Translations under genes and position numbers: made by a program
The notes under the pieces: model-generated
What the model was told of the DNA's origin: nothing
Databases searched by the model: none
The model's input: the letters and a program-made list of their open reading frames with translations, nothing else
Assembly: GCA_964016885.1 (NCBI GenBank)
Contig: OZ024742.1
Span: 295,554,001 to 295,618,000, forward strand
Length of the DNA: 64,000 nt
Reading direction: 5' to 3'
Source of the DNA: Eledone cirrhosa
Taxonomy: Eukaryota
In this document: in pieces, positions 13,446 to 26,102 of the stretch
Layout: each line of letters starts with the position of its first letter
Numbering within the stretch: the first letter of the stretch is position 1

Positions 13446-13713
13446 AACAGTTACAATAGTTCAAGAATGAGGTTTACAAACAGTTACAATAGTTCAAGAA
13501 TGAGGTTTACAAACAGTTACAATAGTTCAAGAATGAGGTTTACAAACAGTTACAATAGTTCAAGAATGAGGTTTACAAACAGTTACAATAGTTCAAGAAT
13601 GAGGTTTACAAACAGTTACAATAGTTCAAGAATGAGGTTTACAAACAGTTACAATAGTTCAAGAATGAGGTTTACAAACAGTTACAATAGTTCAAGAATG
13701 AGGTTTACAAACA
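13446..13713 (+). repeat. Perfect 33-bp minisatellite, about 8.1 copies
   Basis: Unit AACAGTTACAATAGTTCAAGAATGAGGTTTACA repeated without spacers or visible mismatches. Confidence 0.97.
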
Positions 13714-14329
13714 AGAAAAATGACAGCACAGATATTGTAAATAATTACTGAGAAAAACTGTTTGACTTCTACTAATTAATCTTTAGTACTTAACCTCTAG
13801 GTTATTGATAAATGTGGTGTATTGTTATCATCATGATCATCATGATTTTATGTCCACTTTTTACCCTGTCATGGTCCTAGACTAGACAGGTCAGAGCAAC
13901 CACATCATGCTCATACATTCCACATTTGGAATGGCTTCTACAATAGGATTCATTTGTAATACCAACTACCGTACAGGGTGTACAGTATGATTTTTTCATG
14001 GCATCACTACAGAGTGTACTGGGTACATGATTAAATATTTTAAAAATCATTTGTTGAATAAAGCAGCATGGGTAGGTTAGAAAGATAAGGTAAAACAAGT
14101 AAGACACTTGATTGGAACATATATTGTTAGTTATTGAACCTATAATTAGGAGAATATGAATTAATTTACCCTTTTATCACTATATTTCTAAACAAATTAA
14201 CTGTTGATGTGTTTTAATTAATTTTGAAAATAATAAAAATTTGGAGGAATTTAATAAAATTACTTCTTCATTAATTGATGTCTGGAACCAAGTCCAGCCT
14301 CTAACAACATCTCAATAGGAGGCTAGACT

Positions 14330-14641
14330 CCAGCTTTGGATGAAGAGGTTTGAGAACAGATTTTCTCCAACTGACATGAAAACCCCACATCTGAAGATCT
14401 CTCCTGCTTCAGAAACATTGTGAGATCAGTGAAAGGCACTTAACCACAAGACTGGTTCAGTCACCTGTGATTGTGGAGAAGCAAACCAAACTCTGGAGCA
14501 CTATCTTGTCTTCTCACTACAACTTAACCTTTCCTAGCTCAAAAGGCCTTGCAGATTACAATTAAAATCTAAAGAGATGTGTGGAAAAGTGGAAGGTTTT
14601 ATGTGAACACTGTGTTGATACGAAAAAATGACAAGAAGAAG
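14330..14641 (+). mobile_element. Decayed I-group (Ingi/Vingi-like) LINE 3' end
   Basis: TCDCGEANQTLEHYL, a remnant of a CCHC knuckle, ending GATACG...(AAG)n; a related fragment follows at about 14690-14860. Confidence 0.5.
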
Positions 14642-17036
14642 ATACACACATACACACACACACATGCTTACACACATACACATGAATGAAGAGAAATCAA
14701 CCAGAATGTGGAGTACTACCTGCTGCTACCCAACCCATGTGAGTCAAAAGACCTTGCAGGTGACTTCAATGAAATAACAAAGAGCTGTATGGAGAGGTGG
14801 AAAGCTATTATCTACTGACTACTGTACTTGCTTCCAAGAAATGACAAGAAGCAAAAGAAATGTTGACATACTAAAATCATTGGAGTAGGTAACAATATAA
14901 GTTATGGTGAACTGAAGATCAAGGTTTACCAGAAATAACAGACAAATTCTCTTATTAATAGTCAGTAATAATAGTAACTAACAAGGTTTTAAGTGACAAA
15001 CATTTTATAAAGGTTGAAGTGTTATGTCTTTCGTTGATAAAACAGAAATAATTGCAAGAAGAGATGAAAGTAAGTATAATCATTTTAATAATGCATCACT
15101 TTAGAAACTTTAGATATCATTCTGAATCAAATGAGTGAGCATTTTAAATATAAGAAAGCAGTATTGGAAAGGACTATAAATGCCATTAATGAAAGGAAAA
15201 AGAAGGGAAGAGCATGGATTATGAGAACAAAGGAAGAAAGAAAAGGGGATTGGTAGGGGGTGACACTTAGGCAGTGTTTCGGCAATGCTCCATAGACAAA
15301 ATGGCAAAGGTATTTCCATGGACAATGGCCAGTGACACATGCTGCAACAGTCACTCCATCTCATAGGGCTCCTTCCTCAGATGGGCATAATATAATATTA
15401 TATACAAAATTAAACCTTTTGATATCAAACCACCTGATACCATCCCTGGTTCAATAAGACAAAACTGTTTATTTAAAAGTGTTTACATATATCTAAAAAC
15501 ATGACATCATAGTTTTATGTAAGTCATAACACCAGCTTAAAAATGAGAAAATTAGTGATATACTAAATATCTCCAAATTTTTTGTAATTTTCAAAATTAT
15601 TTCAAAATCATAGGTAATGTCATTCATTAGAAATATATTAATGAAATAGGTAAATTAAGTTTTTGTCATCACTGGCAGCTGTTCTGACTGAAGTATCAGT
15701 TGATGCTTATGAGGTTCTTTGGCTGTTCTAGCACCTCAGCCTCACCAATATTATTAACATGAATGTTTGGGATTGCCAAAGTACTTGAACGCCTAGGGGT
15801 TGGCCATGGGTTAATATGGCCTTGGATGGAGATAATACTTTAAAAAAATACCTAATACTATGTAAGATACTGAAGAATACTTCACAAATAATCCGGATCT
15901 GAATTGAAGGAGGACAGATGGACCTACAGGTATGGACTTAACATTTTGAGGGATCTCCTTCCCCAAAGTTCTAGATTTAAAAAAGAAATTCTATTCTGTA
16001 AGTCTAGCTAGATACTGTTATAGCAGTCGTGTTGGCTGAAAGAAGATTATCCGTTTATTTGGAGAGTTGTTGATGTTGGAGCTCTATTGGTTCTGATGAG
16101 TATTCCAGTTGTTAGAAACAATGGAACAGTCCGCTCATGAAATTGATATGCAAATAGCTGAACATTCTCTAGACATGTGCAACCTTAATGTAGTTCTCAG
16201 GGAAATTCAACATGACATAGTGTATTTTAAAATATATGTACAACATTTTTTCCATTATAATCATGAGCCAGACACCCTAATAACTAAGTCATTCTCCTTT
16301 ACATTTTAAGGATAATAACATTTAGGCAAGCATATTGAAGCTAAAGAGTTTTGAAATGTTTATTTCATTATCTGTTGCAGACATATTAAGACTTACATAT
16401 TTGTCTGTTGTGCATACAGAAATTAATTTCACATCTACAGCTGTAGAATCCAGCATAGTTTGATTATTTCTACATATACTTTGACTATTTCCTTCTGTGG
16501 TTAGCAGTTCTTTTATACAATTGCATCTAATATTAACACAGAAGTTGTCAGATTATGAATTATGACTATCATAAAAGAGTTGCTACATTATTTGCCTTTA
16601 TCAAAATACCTTTACACTATTGTATATAGTAGCCAATCACTAACTTCATACATTATGAAACCTCAACAAAATTTGCTCTGTTAAGTAGATTTGGCTTCAA
16701 TAAAATTATCAATGCTACATAAAGTATAGAAAAGATTCTGTTTGTTTTAATTCAATAAAGAAGCCAGAAAATATTGTAACAATCTTGACCATCTGTTTTA
16801 ACTCTTTTAGGTGATATAACTTTGTAATTCTATGATAAAAAAAAGAACCAGTGAGATATCACTTTGGTTTTATGATTCTTATCTTTTTCTCCAAGAGAGA
16901 AAAAAATCTTGAAGAGCAGAACCAAAAACTGTTTAGAAAGTTTCGCATTATAATGTTTTATAAGAGAAACAAATTTCTTAAACTTTATATGATATCAATC
17001 TGAATAAAATATGTAAAAACTAGTTAAACTAGTTAA

Positions 17037-17318
17037 CTCAGTAAAGTAGTAATGCTGGTGCTAGAAAAAAATCTAATCTACCAAGTACACTAACTACAGT
17101 GGCAGTGGTGATGTCACAAAAAAAAGTACCCAGTACACACTGTCAAGTGGCAGTGATGGAGTTATGAAAAATCTGCACCCTCTACAGACTGTAAGATGGT
17201 AGGCATTAGACAGCGCAACTAGCTATAGAAACCATGCTAAATATGGAAGATGAGATCACTCTGACATGACAATCCATCCTGGTGTGGAAAGTAACCATAA
17301 AATGATGATGATGATGAT
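17037..17318 (+). mobile_element. RTE-related bipartite SINE with about 3 internal repeats
   Basis: Repeated ...AAAAAGTACCCAGTACACACTGT.AAGTGG units, a degenerate GGCATTAG..AG.GCA motif, and a (TGA)n tail. Confidence 0.6.
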
Positions 17319-18802
17319 TTACTATAAATTATCATTTACCTGTTTTTATCTAGACCAGAGATTCCCAAAAGTATTTTGTTGTTAAACCTTTAGGCAATTT
17401 TCCAATAAATCATGGAATCCATACTTACATTTTATGGACAATTTTCATCACCTTAACTTTACTCACACAGTTATGCTTGCATATAACAAATATTGTTTTG
17501 AAAATCTGTTCTGAGATCAAAGCATAAAAATCTTGTTTTGTTGCAGCTGAAATTTATTTAATAAAATACTAATGAATATGAACTAACATAAAATACTAAT
17601 GAATATGAACTAATATTTCTAAATAAACTTTCAGGATTTCAAAAAGCTGACTAAATTTATTTTGAGAAAATAGAATTAATATTTATATTTGTGGTAGACA
17701 GTACATTTCTCTTTTCACTATTTCGTGAGGAGGAGGTAAGTATCTTTAAATCTGTTTCAGGGTTTTTGAGACAGTTGGGAAAGAGGGAGGGAGATAGTTT
17801 GAAAAAAGAGATTCGATTCAAATGCTTGCAATAAAAGGAACTTTGCTAAAGGTACTCAAAGGGTGAGGTACGAAGTGAGAAATATAGGCAGAGCAAGAAT
17901 TATCTCCAATATTCAACTGGTACTTTGGTTATAGATCTTGAAAGGAGGAAAGACAAAGCTAATCTCAGGATTTGAACTCAGAGTGCAGAAAGTTGGAATG
18001 AATGCTGCAAAACCTTTTATCGAACGTTCTAGTAACCCTGCCAATTCACCATCTCTCCTTGGATTGGTACTTTATTCTATTTTACTGAACCTAAAAGAAT
18101 GAAAGGCAAAGTTGACTTCTGGAGGATTTGAACATAGAGCTCAGATAGCCAGAACAAATAGTAAAGGCTAGAATTTTAATTGATCATTGGCAGAGATAGC
18201 AGTGGACGAATGGTAGAGAAATATTTGAAAGTCATGGCAACTATATTTGACTTTCTCTTGTCAAATAAACTTTGATTTTAATAGAAATCAAATAATTTCA
18301 AAATTATAATGAAGCATTTAATTAGAAATATTTACATAGACATAATTGTTTCTACTTTAGGCACAAGGCCAGCAATTACCCAGTGCATTACTGAGGATGA
18401 AAGACAAACATATTGATTTTGAAAATATCCTAAAAGTTTACATTATTAAAATATTGAATAAAAACTAAACATATTAAACATTTCCATCATCATAAATAGT
18501 GAATAAATAATGGAAAATTAGGTTGACAGATGTATGGCAAATTTGCAGCAAAGTTAAGGTGTAACATCGTATACATTGCAGTATTTGCTTTGGCTCCTTG
18601 GGCTCTGAGCTCAAATTCTGCTGAGATCAATTTTGTCTTTCATCCTATCATAGCTTTATTGGGTCTAAAATTATTAGACATGTCCAGTCATAATCTGCTT
18701 TTCCTTGGAACCTCAACTCCTGGCGAAGGTATATGGTTGCTGCCTGAACACAGCTAATTTTCTTTTCTTCTTAGAGCGAGAGAGAGAGCGAGAGAGAGAA
18801 AC

Positions 18803-18978
18803 ACTTAAGGCAACTTTTACCATAGCCTTGGGTGGACACAGGCCTTCTGAGTGAAAGTGAGCTTTCTGAATGGCACATCTAATTTCAAACTTGCCTTGAA
18901 TTTTTTAGTAGTACAGTCCACCTGATGAAGAGCCACATCCTATGCAGCCCACTGCTCGAAAAAGGTTGCCTATGTCTG
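18803..18978. mobile_element. Decayed hAT (Charlie-like) MITE
   Basis: Sub-terminal inverted repeats AGGCAACTTTTT and AAAAAGGTTGCCT. Confidence 0.45.
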
Positions 18979-18979
18979 C

Positions 18980-19460
18980 TGTAAAGTGTTAGTGTTGGTG
19001 TCACAATAAAATATACCCAGTAAACTCTTAAAAGTGTTAGTGCTGATGCCATCATAAAATGTACCCACTACACACTGTAAAGTGTTGTGTTTTGTTAGTT
19101 CTACAATAAAATATACCAAGTACACTCTTTAAAGTTGGTGCTATAATAAAATGAACCCAGTACATACTGTAAAGTGTTAGTTTTGGTACCACAATAAAAT
19201 GTACCCACTACAATCTGTAAAGTGTTAGTGCCACAATAAAATTCATCCAGTATGTTCTATAAAGTGTTAGTGCTGGTGCTATGATAAAATGCATCATCTG
19301 TAAGGTATTTGGCAATAGGAAGTGCATCCAACTGTAGAAACTATGCAAAATATGGAATGTATGTGCAAGATGAGGTCACTCTGGCCCATCTAGTCTCAGA
19401 CCATGACAAGCTATCAAACCTATGCTAGCATGGAATGTGAACATAATATGACGACGATAA
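18980..19460 (+). repeat. About 7 copies of a ~45-50-bp unit amplified inside an RTE-related SINE
   Basis: Unit approximately TGTAAAGTGTTAGTGCTGGTGCCACAATAAAATGTACCCAGTACAC, then AGGAAGTGCATCCAACTGTAGAAAC and an ATGCTAGCATGGAA tail. Confidence 0.8.
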
Positions 19461-20298
19461 AAGACAAAATAGCATTAACATGCTGGCTCCCATTTCCTGT
19501 TTTGTCCCAGGGTTTCAATATGACTTCATAATTTATTTTAATATGAGAGCCATAATTTTGTTTTTACTATATCATACGTGAAGTTAGGGTCACGCAAACA
19601 GTGTTTTTTTTATGCACAATTTAGTGATGGGTTGTTTGGTACCTAAATTCATATTACAACCTAATATTCCACATAACTCACCCATAAAATTTTAATATAT
19701 ATTGTTTTGAATGTGAATGTAACCCTTCCCTATGTATTGGGTGCTTCATTAACAAACATAATGAATATAGGGTATTTTCTAGTGGTGTAGGAACAGCCAT
19801 TTTTTCATGTCTTTAAGAACAACTACTTTGGTTTCCATGGTAAATTATACATAGAAAAAATGATGTTCTTGTGTTCCCTAATCATAAATTTAAGCAATTG
19901 TGGTGCCCCTGCTCCTAAAAGGCTCATAGAAAAAATAGACTGATCCAACAGTTGTCTGTATTAATCCTGCAGACATCACCAAGAGTTGTGTGAGAGCCAG
20001 TGTAAATGAATGAATTTGGCACTCAATAGGATCTTAGGATATCTTGAATTGTTGCCCTCTTTACACAGTAAAATGTTGGAAGAAAACCTACTGGAACAGA
20101 CACAATTCTATCAGATGAGCAACAAATGTTTCCTTGTGCCAAACACTTTCTTGCCAGTTATGAATTCCATAATCATTAGAAATGATTTGCAAAGCATTTC
20201 CAGAGAGTGGAAATAGTAACAGCAGTCTTCCAGAAAATCTGGAGACTATTATCACTCATGTGCACAGGTGCAAGTCTCTTTAATCAGTTACTATACAC

Positions 20299-21458
20299 AA
20301 GCAGGGACTAGAGAGAAAGGGTCTCAAAGTCAACATGACAAAGACTAAGGTCCTTGTAAGTAGACGAGAAAACAGAACCCAGATCCCCTCAGGGAAATGG
20401 CCTTGCTCAGTATGTAGGAAAGGTATAAGTAGGAACTCCATTCTCTGCCCCAAATGCAAACAATGGGTACACAAGAGATGTAGCGGGATCTCAGGAAGCT
20501 TAATTAAGAATGTAGGATTCACATACAGCAGCTGTGCTGAAACAGCAAGCAGCAAACAGCCACAGGAAACAAGTACCACCAATCTCTGGGAGGGCCCTGT
20601 AGAAACAGTAGACAGCTTCTGCTACCTAGGTGACCGAATTAGCAACGGAGGTGGGTGTTCAGAAAGTACAATAACTAGGGTAAGAACGGGATGGAAGAAG
20701 TTTAGGGAACTACTACCACTGCTAGCTGCAAAAGGCTTCTCCCTCAGAATGAAAGGCAGACTGTATGATGCGTGTATCCGAACAGCGATGTTGCATGGTA
20801 GTGAGACCTGGGCGCTGAAGGTGGAAGACTTACGTAGATTAGAGAGAAACGAAGCCTGCATGCTCCGATGGATGTGTAACAGTAATATACGTGAACGACA
20901 AAGCATAAATGAATTGAGAGAGAGACTGAGCATAAGAGGAATCAAATGCTGTGTGCAGGAGAGGCGGTTGCACTGGTATGGACATGTGATGCGTATGAAG
21001 GATGACAGCTGCATAAAAAGGTGCAGAGCACTAGAAGTTGATGGAAACCACGGAGTGGGGAGACCCAAGATGACCTGGGATGAGGTGATAAAAGCCGACC
21101 TTACCCAATTACACCTCTCAAAGACAATGACACACGACCGTGACTTCTGGCGTCACGCAGTAATACAGAGTACCCGACCTCCCATGGGTACATGCTGAAG
21201 CATATAAACAATATGCCCCCACACCCCCCACCACAAGGTGGTCGTGGAGGTGCCACGGCAAAAAAGCACCCAGCACTCACTGTAAATGAGGTTGGTGTTA
21301 GGAAGGGCATCCAGCTGTAGAAATCAAGCCAGATCAGTTCCTGTATGAGCAAGGCATGGTCAGCCGACCAGACACTGCACACAACAGGACAACCCGTCTA
21401 ACCCATGTTAGCGTGGAAGAACGGACGTAAAACGGTGATGATGATGATGATGATGATG
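20299..21458 (+). mobile_element. 5'-truncated RTE LINE
   Basis: RT C-terminal half plus 3' UTR ending ACGGACGTAAAACGG(TGA)n. Confidence 0.93.
20335..21198 (+). pseudogene. RTE ORF C-terminal part (RT end, PHD-like Zn finger, thumb)
   Basis: [64 protein letters not shown]. Confidence 0.93.
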
Positions 21459-21540
21459 AAGACTTAAGAACAAGAAGGAAAGAATCAAATTTTCAGTCTG
21501 GTTTCAATTCAAATATAAATACTATTGAACAGATATTATT

Positions 21541-21717
21541 TTGGCAGTATTGGTAGTGGGTCGGATGCTATGCTTTGCAGCATAGTTATGCCCCTTTACG
21601 GACTGAGTTCAAATCCCGCCGAAGTTAACTTTGCCTTTCATCCTTACGGGGTCGATAAAATAAAGTACCAGTAATGCACTGGGTAATTGCTGGCCTTGTG
21701 CCAAAAATAGAAACAAT
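21541..21717 (+). mobile_element. tRNA-derived SINE, family A
   Basis: A box TGGCAGTATTGG, B box GAGTTCAAATCC, family A body and tail. Confidence 0.9.
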
Positions 21718-21733
21718 TATTAAGTAGAGGACC

Positions 21734-21923
21734 AAGGGTGGTGGATCGGCAGTATTGGTAGAGCATCGGACACCATGCTTTGTAGCATGGAGTTATGGCC
21801 CTTTATGTTCTGAGTTCAAAACCTGCCAAGGTTAACTTTGCCTTTCATCCTTCCAGGGTCGATAAAATAAGGCACCACTAATGCACTGGGATAAGCGTTG
21901 ACCTTGTGCCAAAAGTAGAAACA
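21734..21923 (+). mobile_element. tRNA-derived SINE, family A, inserted at the tail of the previous copy
   Basis: 16-bp target duplication TATTAAGTAGAGGACC at 21718-33 and 21924-39. Confidence 0.9.
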
Positions 21924-22234
21924 TATTAAGTAGAGGACCCATGACATGAATAATGACAGCAATAGTAGTGAACATATCTAATTTTTAGAGTCCAGGATTA
22001 CTGAATATAAGAACAACTCTAAAAACTGGGAAATCTATGTTTTCATAAATTAATGTTTTACATAAGAGAATCCTAATATTTTATATTAATTAATGACATA
22101 TGGAAGTGATTAAAGAGAAGAATGACATATTCATAATTTATTTTTAGGATATAATTACATAAATGCTCAGCACATATATACATATGTACACACAGACACA
22201 TATGCATGCATACATATATATATATATATATATT

Positions 22235-22238
<4 letters not shown>

Positions 22239-22316
<78 letters not shown>
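22239..22316 (+). repeat. (CA)n microsatellite
   Basis: Pure dinucleotide run. Confidence 0.97.
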
Positions 22317-22318
<2 letters not shown>

Positions 22319-23910
22319 GACATACAGGATTAAATGTATGAGTAACTTCTGAGATCTAACAATTTACAGTGACAAATGTAGGAGTAGAGCTCAGAACCTT
22401 GTGACTGGTTCTTTACCTTCTGAATTAAAATTCTACTGTGGACTATTGGAGTGGGAGACAGAATCTGTCTCCCACTTTAACACCACCAACCTGCACCTTG
22501 GGTGCTTTTAGCAGAATTCAGTCTGTTGCTCTCATTTAGATGATGTTTTCAATTTGAGGGTACCTTCCTTCCTCCACTGAGTTTCAGGTAGATCAAGTGT
22601 TTTGATGTACCACTGTGGGAAAACATGAACAGACGACTTCCATAAGGCCAGCCTTCTGAGAAAAAATGGGTATAGTGGTTGGTGAGGAGCTTGGATAGTT
22701 GAACACAACATGGCCAATAAGAGGATAAGAAAGAAATGACATACTGGCTGTTGAGAGATAGGTTAAATGAGTATAAATATAACATTTTATGGTAGATAGC
22801 TTATTGTATATCTGTTTTAACATGAGATATAGTCAAGATACATCAACAACAACAAGCAAGGGTTAGTCTTGAGGACCCTTTGATAAGCTTCCTTCTCATC
22901 ATGGGATTCTTCTTCATGTGAAATTTATAGCTTGACGCTTTTCCTGGTCCCAACCCTTTTAGATTCCTCTTATGATAAGCAGGACAATGGTGTACCCATT
23001 CTAAGCAAGAATAAAAAAAGGGAAAGAAGCTGATCAGCAGATCTGACAAAGGAAAAATTGTTTCCATTGATTTTTCTATTGCTAATACTATTATCTATTA
23101 GCTGTAACTCTTGACAGAACTGAAGACACAAGAATAAAGGAGGTAGAAATTTAGAGAATATTTTAATAAAAGCTTTACATATGAAGCAAGCAAATACATT
23201 CTATAATAAATATTAAAAGCAAAAAAAATATTAAGTGAATATTCTTAGAATATGAATTCTAAGAATATTGACTTAATATATTTTTATAAAGATTAACAAT
23301 CATCACATACCAAGGCAAACAAGTTCACATAGTTGAGAAAGACTGAGGATGAGATGGACAAATGAGACTGATAAGTTTATGGGTATTGAATGAGGATGAT
23401 AATGTCTTAAGATGATGATGATGACTGATGATGATGATGATTGCAACAGCAAATAGAAACCAAATTCATCATCAATGATATTTATATTTAGTAATAAATG
23501 TAATTCTGGAATAAAAGAATGAGAAAGTTGATGTAATCTATAATAACTACAGATTAGAATAGTAGACTAACAAAATGAAAAAAGTTAAAACGATCTCTAA
23601 CTAGAGAATGCTACAATACATCCCACTTGAGGGAAGAGGCTAAAACCTTTAACATTTACATTTTCTATATTTACTATTGTATATTCGCAGTAAAGGCTTT
23701 ATCTCACACAATTACCTATTCTGTCCACTGGAGCCACAGAGTAGCCAGCATTTGGGCCCCATTTGCTCATAATAGTGAGAGATGAGGAGAGCTGGAGAGA
23801 TGGAAGCAGTGAGAGTGATAGTTTGGTTCCCTTGTGTTCGGACCTGGTGTATATGTATATGTTTCATGGACACACTCATTATATCCTTAACATGAGTCTT
23901 CACTTCATTA

Positions 23911-24100
23911 TTGGCGGTGGAATGGCAGTATCGGTAGAGTGTCTGACGCCAAGCTTTGCAGCATAGTTCCTTCCCTTTATGGACTGAGTTCAAATCCCGC
24001 TGAGGTTAACTTTGCCTTTCATCCTTACGGGATCGATAAAATAAAGTACCAGTAATGTGCTGGGTAATTGCTGGCCTTGTGCCAAAAGTAGAAACAATTA
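23911..24100 (+). mobile_element. tRNA-derived SINE, family A
   Basis: A box TGGCAGTATCGG, B box GAGTTCAAATCC, conserved body; an opposite-strand copy lies at about 24241-24395. Confidence 0.9.
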
Positions 24101-24486
24101 TTTATTTAATCAAATTGACTGCTTTTCACATAATATCAAATCTATGAGATTTTGATATAATTTATTTTAAGAACAATACCTTAATGTTGGATGAGCAGTT
24201 GGTTATGGCCGATTTGAACAGAAAGAGGTGAGAGAATCTCAATGCATTACTGGTACTTTATTTTATCAATTCCGTAAGGATGAAAGGTAAAGCTAACATT
24301 GACAGGATTTGAACTTAGATTGTAAAGGTCGTAACCCTATGAAACAAAGCATATTATCTGATGTTCTACCAATACTGCCAATCCCCTACCCTAAAGTATG
24401 AATAAATATTAATGATTGTCCATTGTTAATGGAGTCAATATGTTAACAAGTATGGCATTTTTATGGCTAGAGCAGGAATGGAGTCA

Positions 24487-24709
24487 ATATTCGTTTAAAA
24501 ACAACAGAAGGCCAGACTGGAAACATTCTTTAAAGTTTTAATTTGTTAGAAAATACTATACATATTTCAAGTGCCCAATTTCATCATCCGAGTTTTGCCT
24601 CATGATCAGATGATGAAACTAGGTCTTTGAAATAGGTATAGTGTTTTTGCAAAATTAAAATTTTAAAGAATGTTTCCAGTCCAGCATTTTGTTGTTTTTA
24701 AATGAATAT
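24487..24709. repeat. Imperfect fold-back with ~100-bp arms, centred on a decayed HHR
   Basis: 24487-24588 is approximately the reverse complement of 24609-24709; centre reads CTCATGA-TCAGATGAT-GAAA-CTAGG-TC. Confidence 0.85.
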
Positions 24710-24723
24710 ATATATAGGTATGG

Positions 24724-25037
24724 TAGTAAGTAGTTTTAGTAAATATATAGTAGTAAGTAGTTTTAGTAAAATTAACTGTAGCTAATATATTAGTTAGTAT
24801 ATATGGTAAATTTTACAGTAATAATATATTAGCAAGTAAATTTAGTCAATTTTACAACAGCTAATCTGTTAGTAAGTAATTTTAATGAAATATAGAGTAG
24901 CTAATGTATTACTAAGTAAATTTAGTAAATTTCATAGTAGCTTAGTATATTAGTAAGAAAATTTAATAAATTTACTTTAGTTAATATATTTGTAAGTAAA
25001 TGTTACAATAGTTAGTATAATAAGTCAATTTAGTACA
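24724..25037 (+). repeat. Degenerate ~40-bp AT-rich minisatellite, about 7-8 units
   Basis: Recurrent TAGTAAGTA.TTTAGTAAA....AGTAGCTAATATAT. Confidence 0.75.
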
Positions 25038-25137
25038 ATTATTTTACAATTTATGGTACATGGAAACATGACACACACAAGCCATTAAAAGCCTGTGTGT
25101 ATTTTATAATTTACAGAATAGGGAAACCTGATATATG

Positions 25138-25436
25138 CAGGGCCAGATTTAATGGGTGGCAAAGGGGGCAATTACCTGGGGCCCCCTTCAGTTGGGTGAT
25201 CCACCAGTGACAGCTGTAGTAATTCCTTTGTGCCCTCAGCTGGGCTTTTTAGTTTTAGGATGGTTAGAATTTTAATTTAATACCTGAATGTATAACTTTT
25301 CAATTCTAATTACTAGCACTAAGCTAACTTTGATATGTAAAATGGGGGGGTTTGGTGTGTATTCTAATTTTTTGCATATGAGGCCCAAAAAAACCTGAAG
25401 TGCTCCAGGACTCCCAAAGGTCTAAATTCAACCCTG
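25138..25436. mobile_element. hAT-superfamily MITE
   Basis: TIRs CAGGGCCAGATTTA and TAAATTCAACCCTG; perfect 8-bp target duplication GATATATG at 25130-37 and 25437-44. Confidence 0.88.
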
Positions 25437-25653
25437 GATATATGCAGGCATAAAACAGCACAAAGAATATATACAAAACAAAATAATCTTTATCCAAGCT
25501 GAGTTTCCCCAGAAAAAGCTATGGTTTCACATATTTCTAGTGTCTCAGCCTTGTTATCCCCAAAGGTATTATTGTGAGTGTGTTGGTTTGCCTAAAAAAT
25601 TATTAGAGAGTTATTCCAGCACTCTTTGTTGTGATGTTTAATTGAATGTGCAT

Positions 25654-25850
25654 GTCATCACTGTTTTACAGCCATTCTTCCACGCTAGCATGGGTTAGAG
25701 GGGTTGTCCTGTTGTGGGCAATGCCAGGTCAGGTGACCATGTCTTGCTCATACAGAACTAATTTTGGTTTGATTTCTAGGGCTGGATGCCCTTCCTAACA
25801 CCAACCTCATTTACAGTGAGTCCTGGGTGCTTTTTACCATGGTGCCTACA
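25654..25850 (-). mobile_element. RTE-related SINE body with tail type B
   Basis: CACGCTAGCATGGGTTAG and GGATGCCCTTCCTAACACCAACCTCATTTACAGTGAG, the reverse complement of the 21250-21450 region. Confidence 0.85.
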
Positions 25851-25917
25851 CTTTTAAAAATTATATTTATATGGAAATATAAGTTCAATTATTACTCTGA
25901 ACCCTTAGCCATGAACA

Positions 25918-26102
25918 AAATACTTTGCAGTATTTAGTTATAGTCCTTTACATTTTGAGTTCAAATCTCACTGAGGTTAGCTTTACCTTTCAGTCATACG
26001 GGGTCGATAAAATAAAGTGCCAGTAATGCATTGGGGTTGATTTAGTCGACATTCTCCTTCCCTTCAAATTGCTGGCCTTGTGCCATATGTAGAAACAATT
26101 AT
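25918..26102 (+). mobile_element. tRNA-derived SINE, family A, long variant
   Basis: B box GAGTTCAAATC, GGGGTCGATAAAATAAAG body, family tail. Confidence 0.8.

Noticed and set aside
13446-13713. CRISPR-like repeat length
   Set aside because: Head-to-tail units with no spacers, no cas genes, and a eukaryotic context.
18921-18970. CTGATGA-A-GAGC...GCTC-GAAA hammerhead-like motif
   Set aside because: No convincing stem I or III, and the GAAAAAGGTTGCC part is explained by a hAT terminal repeat.
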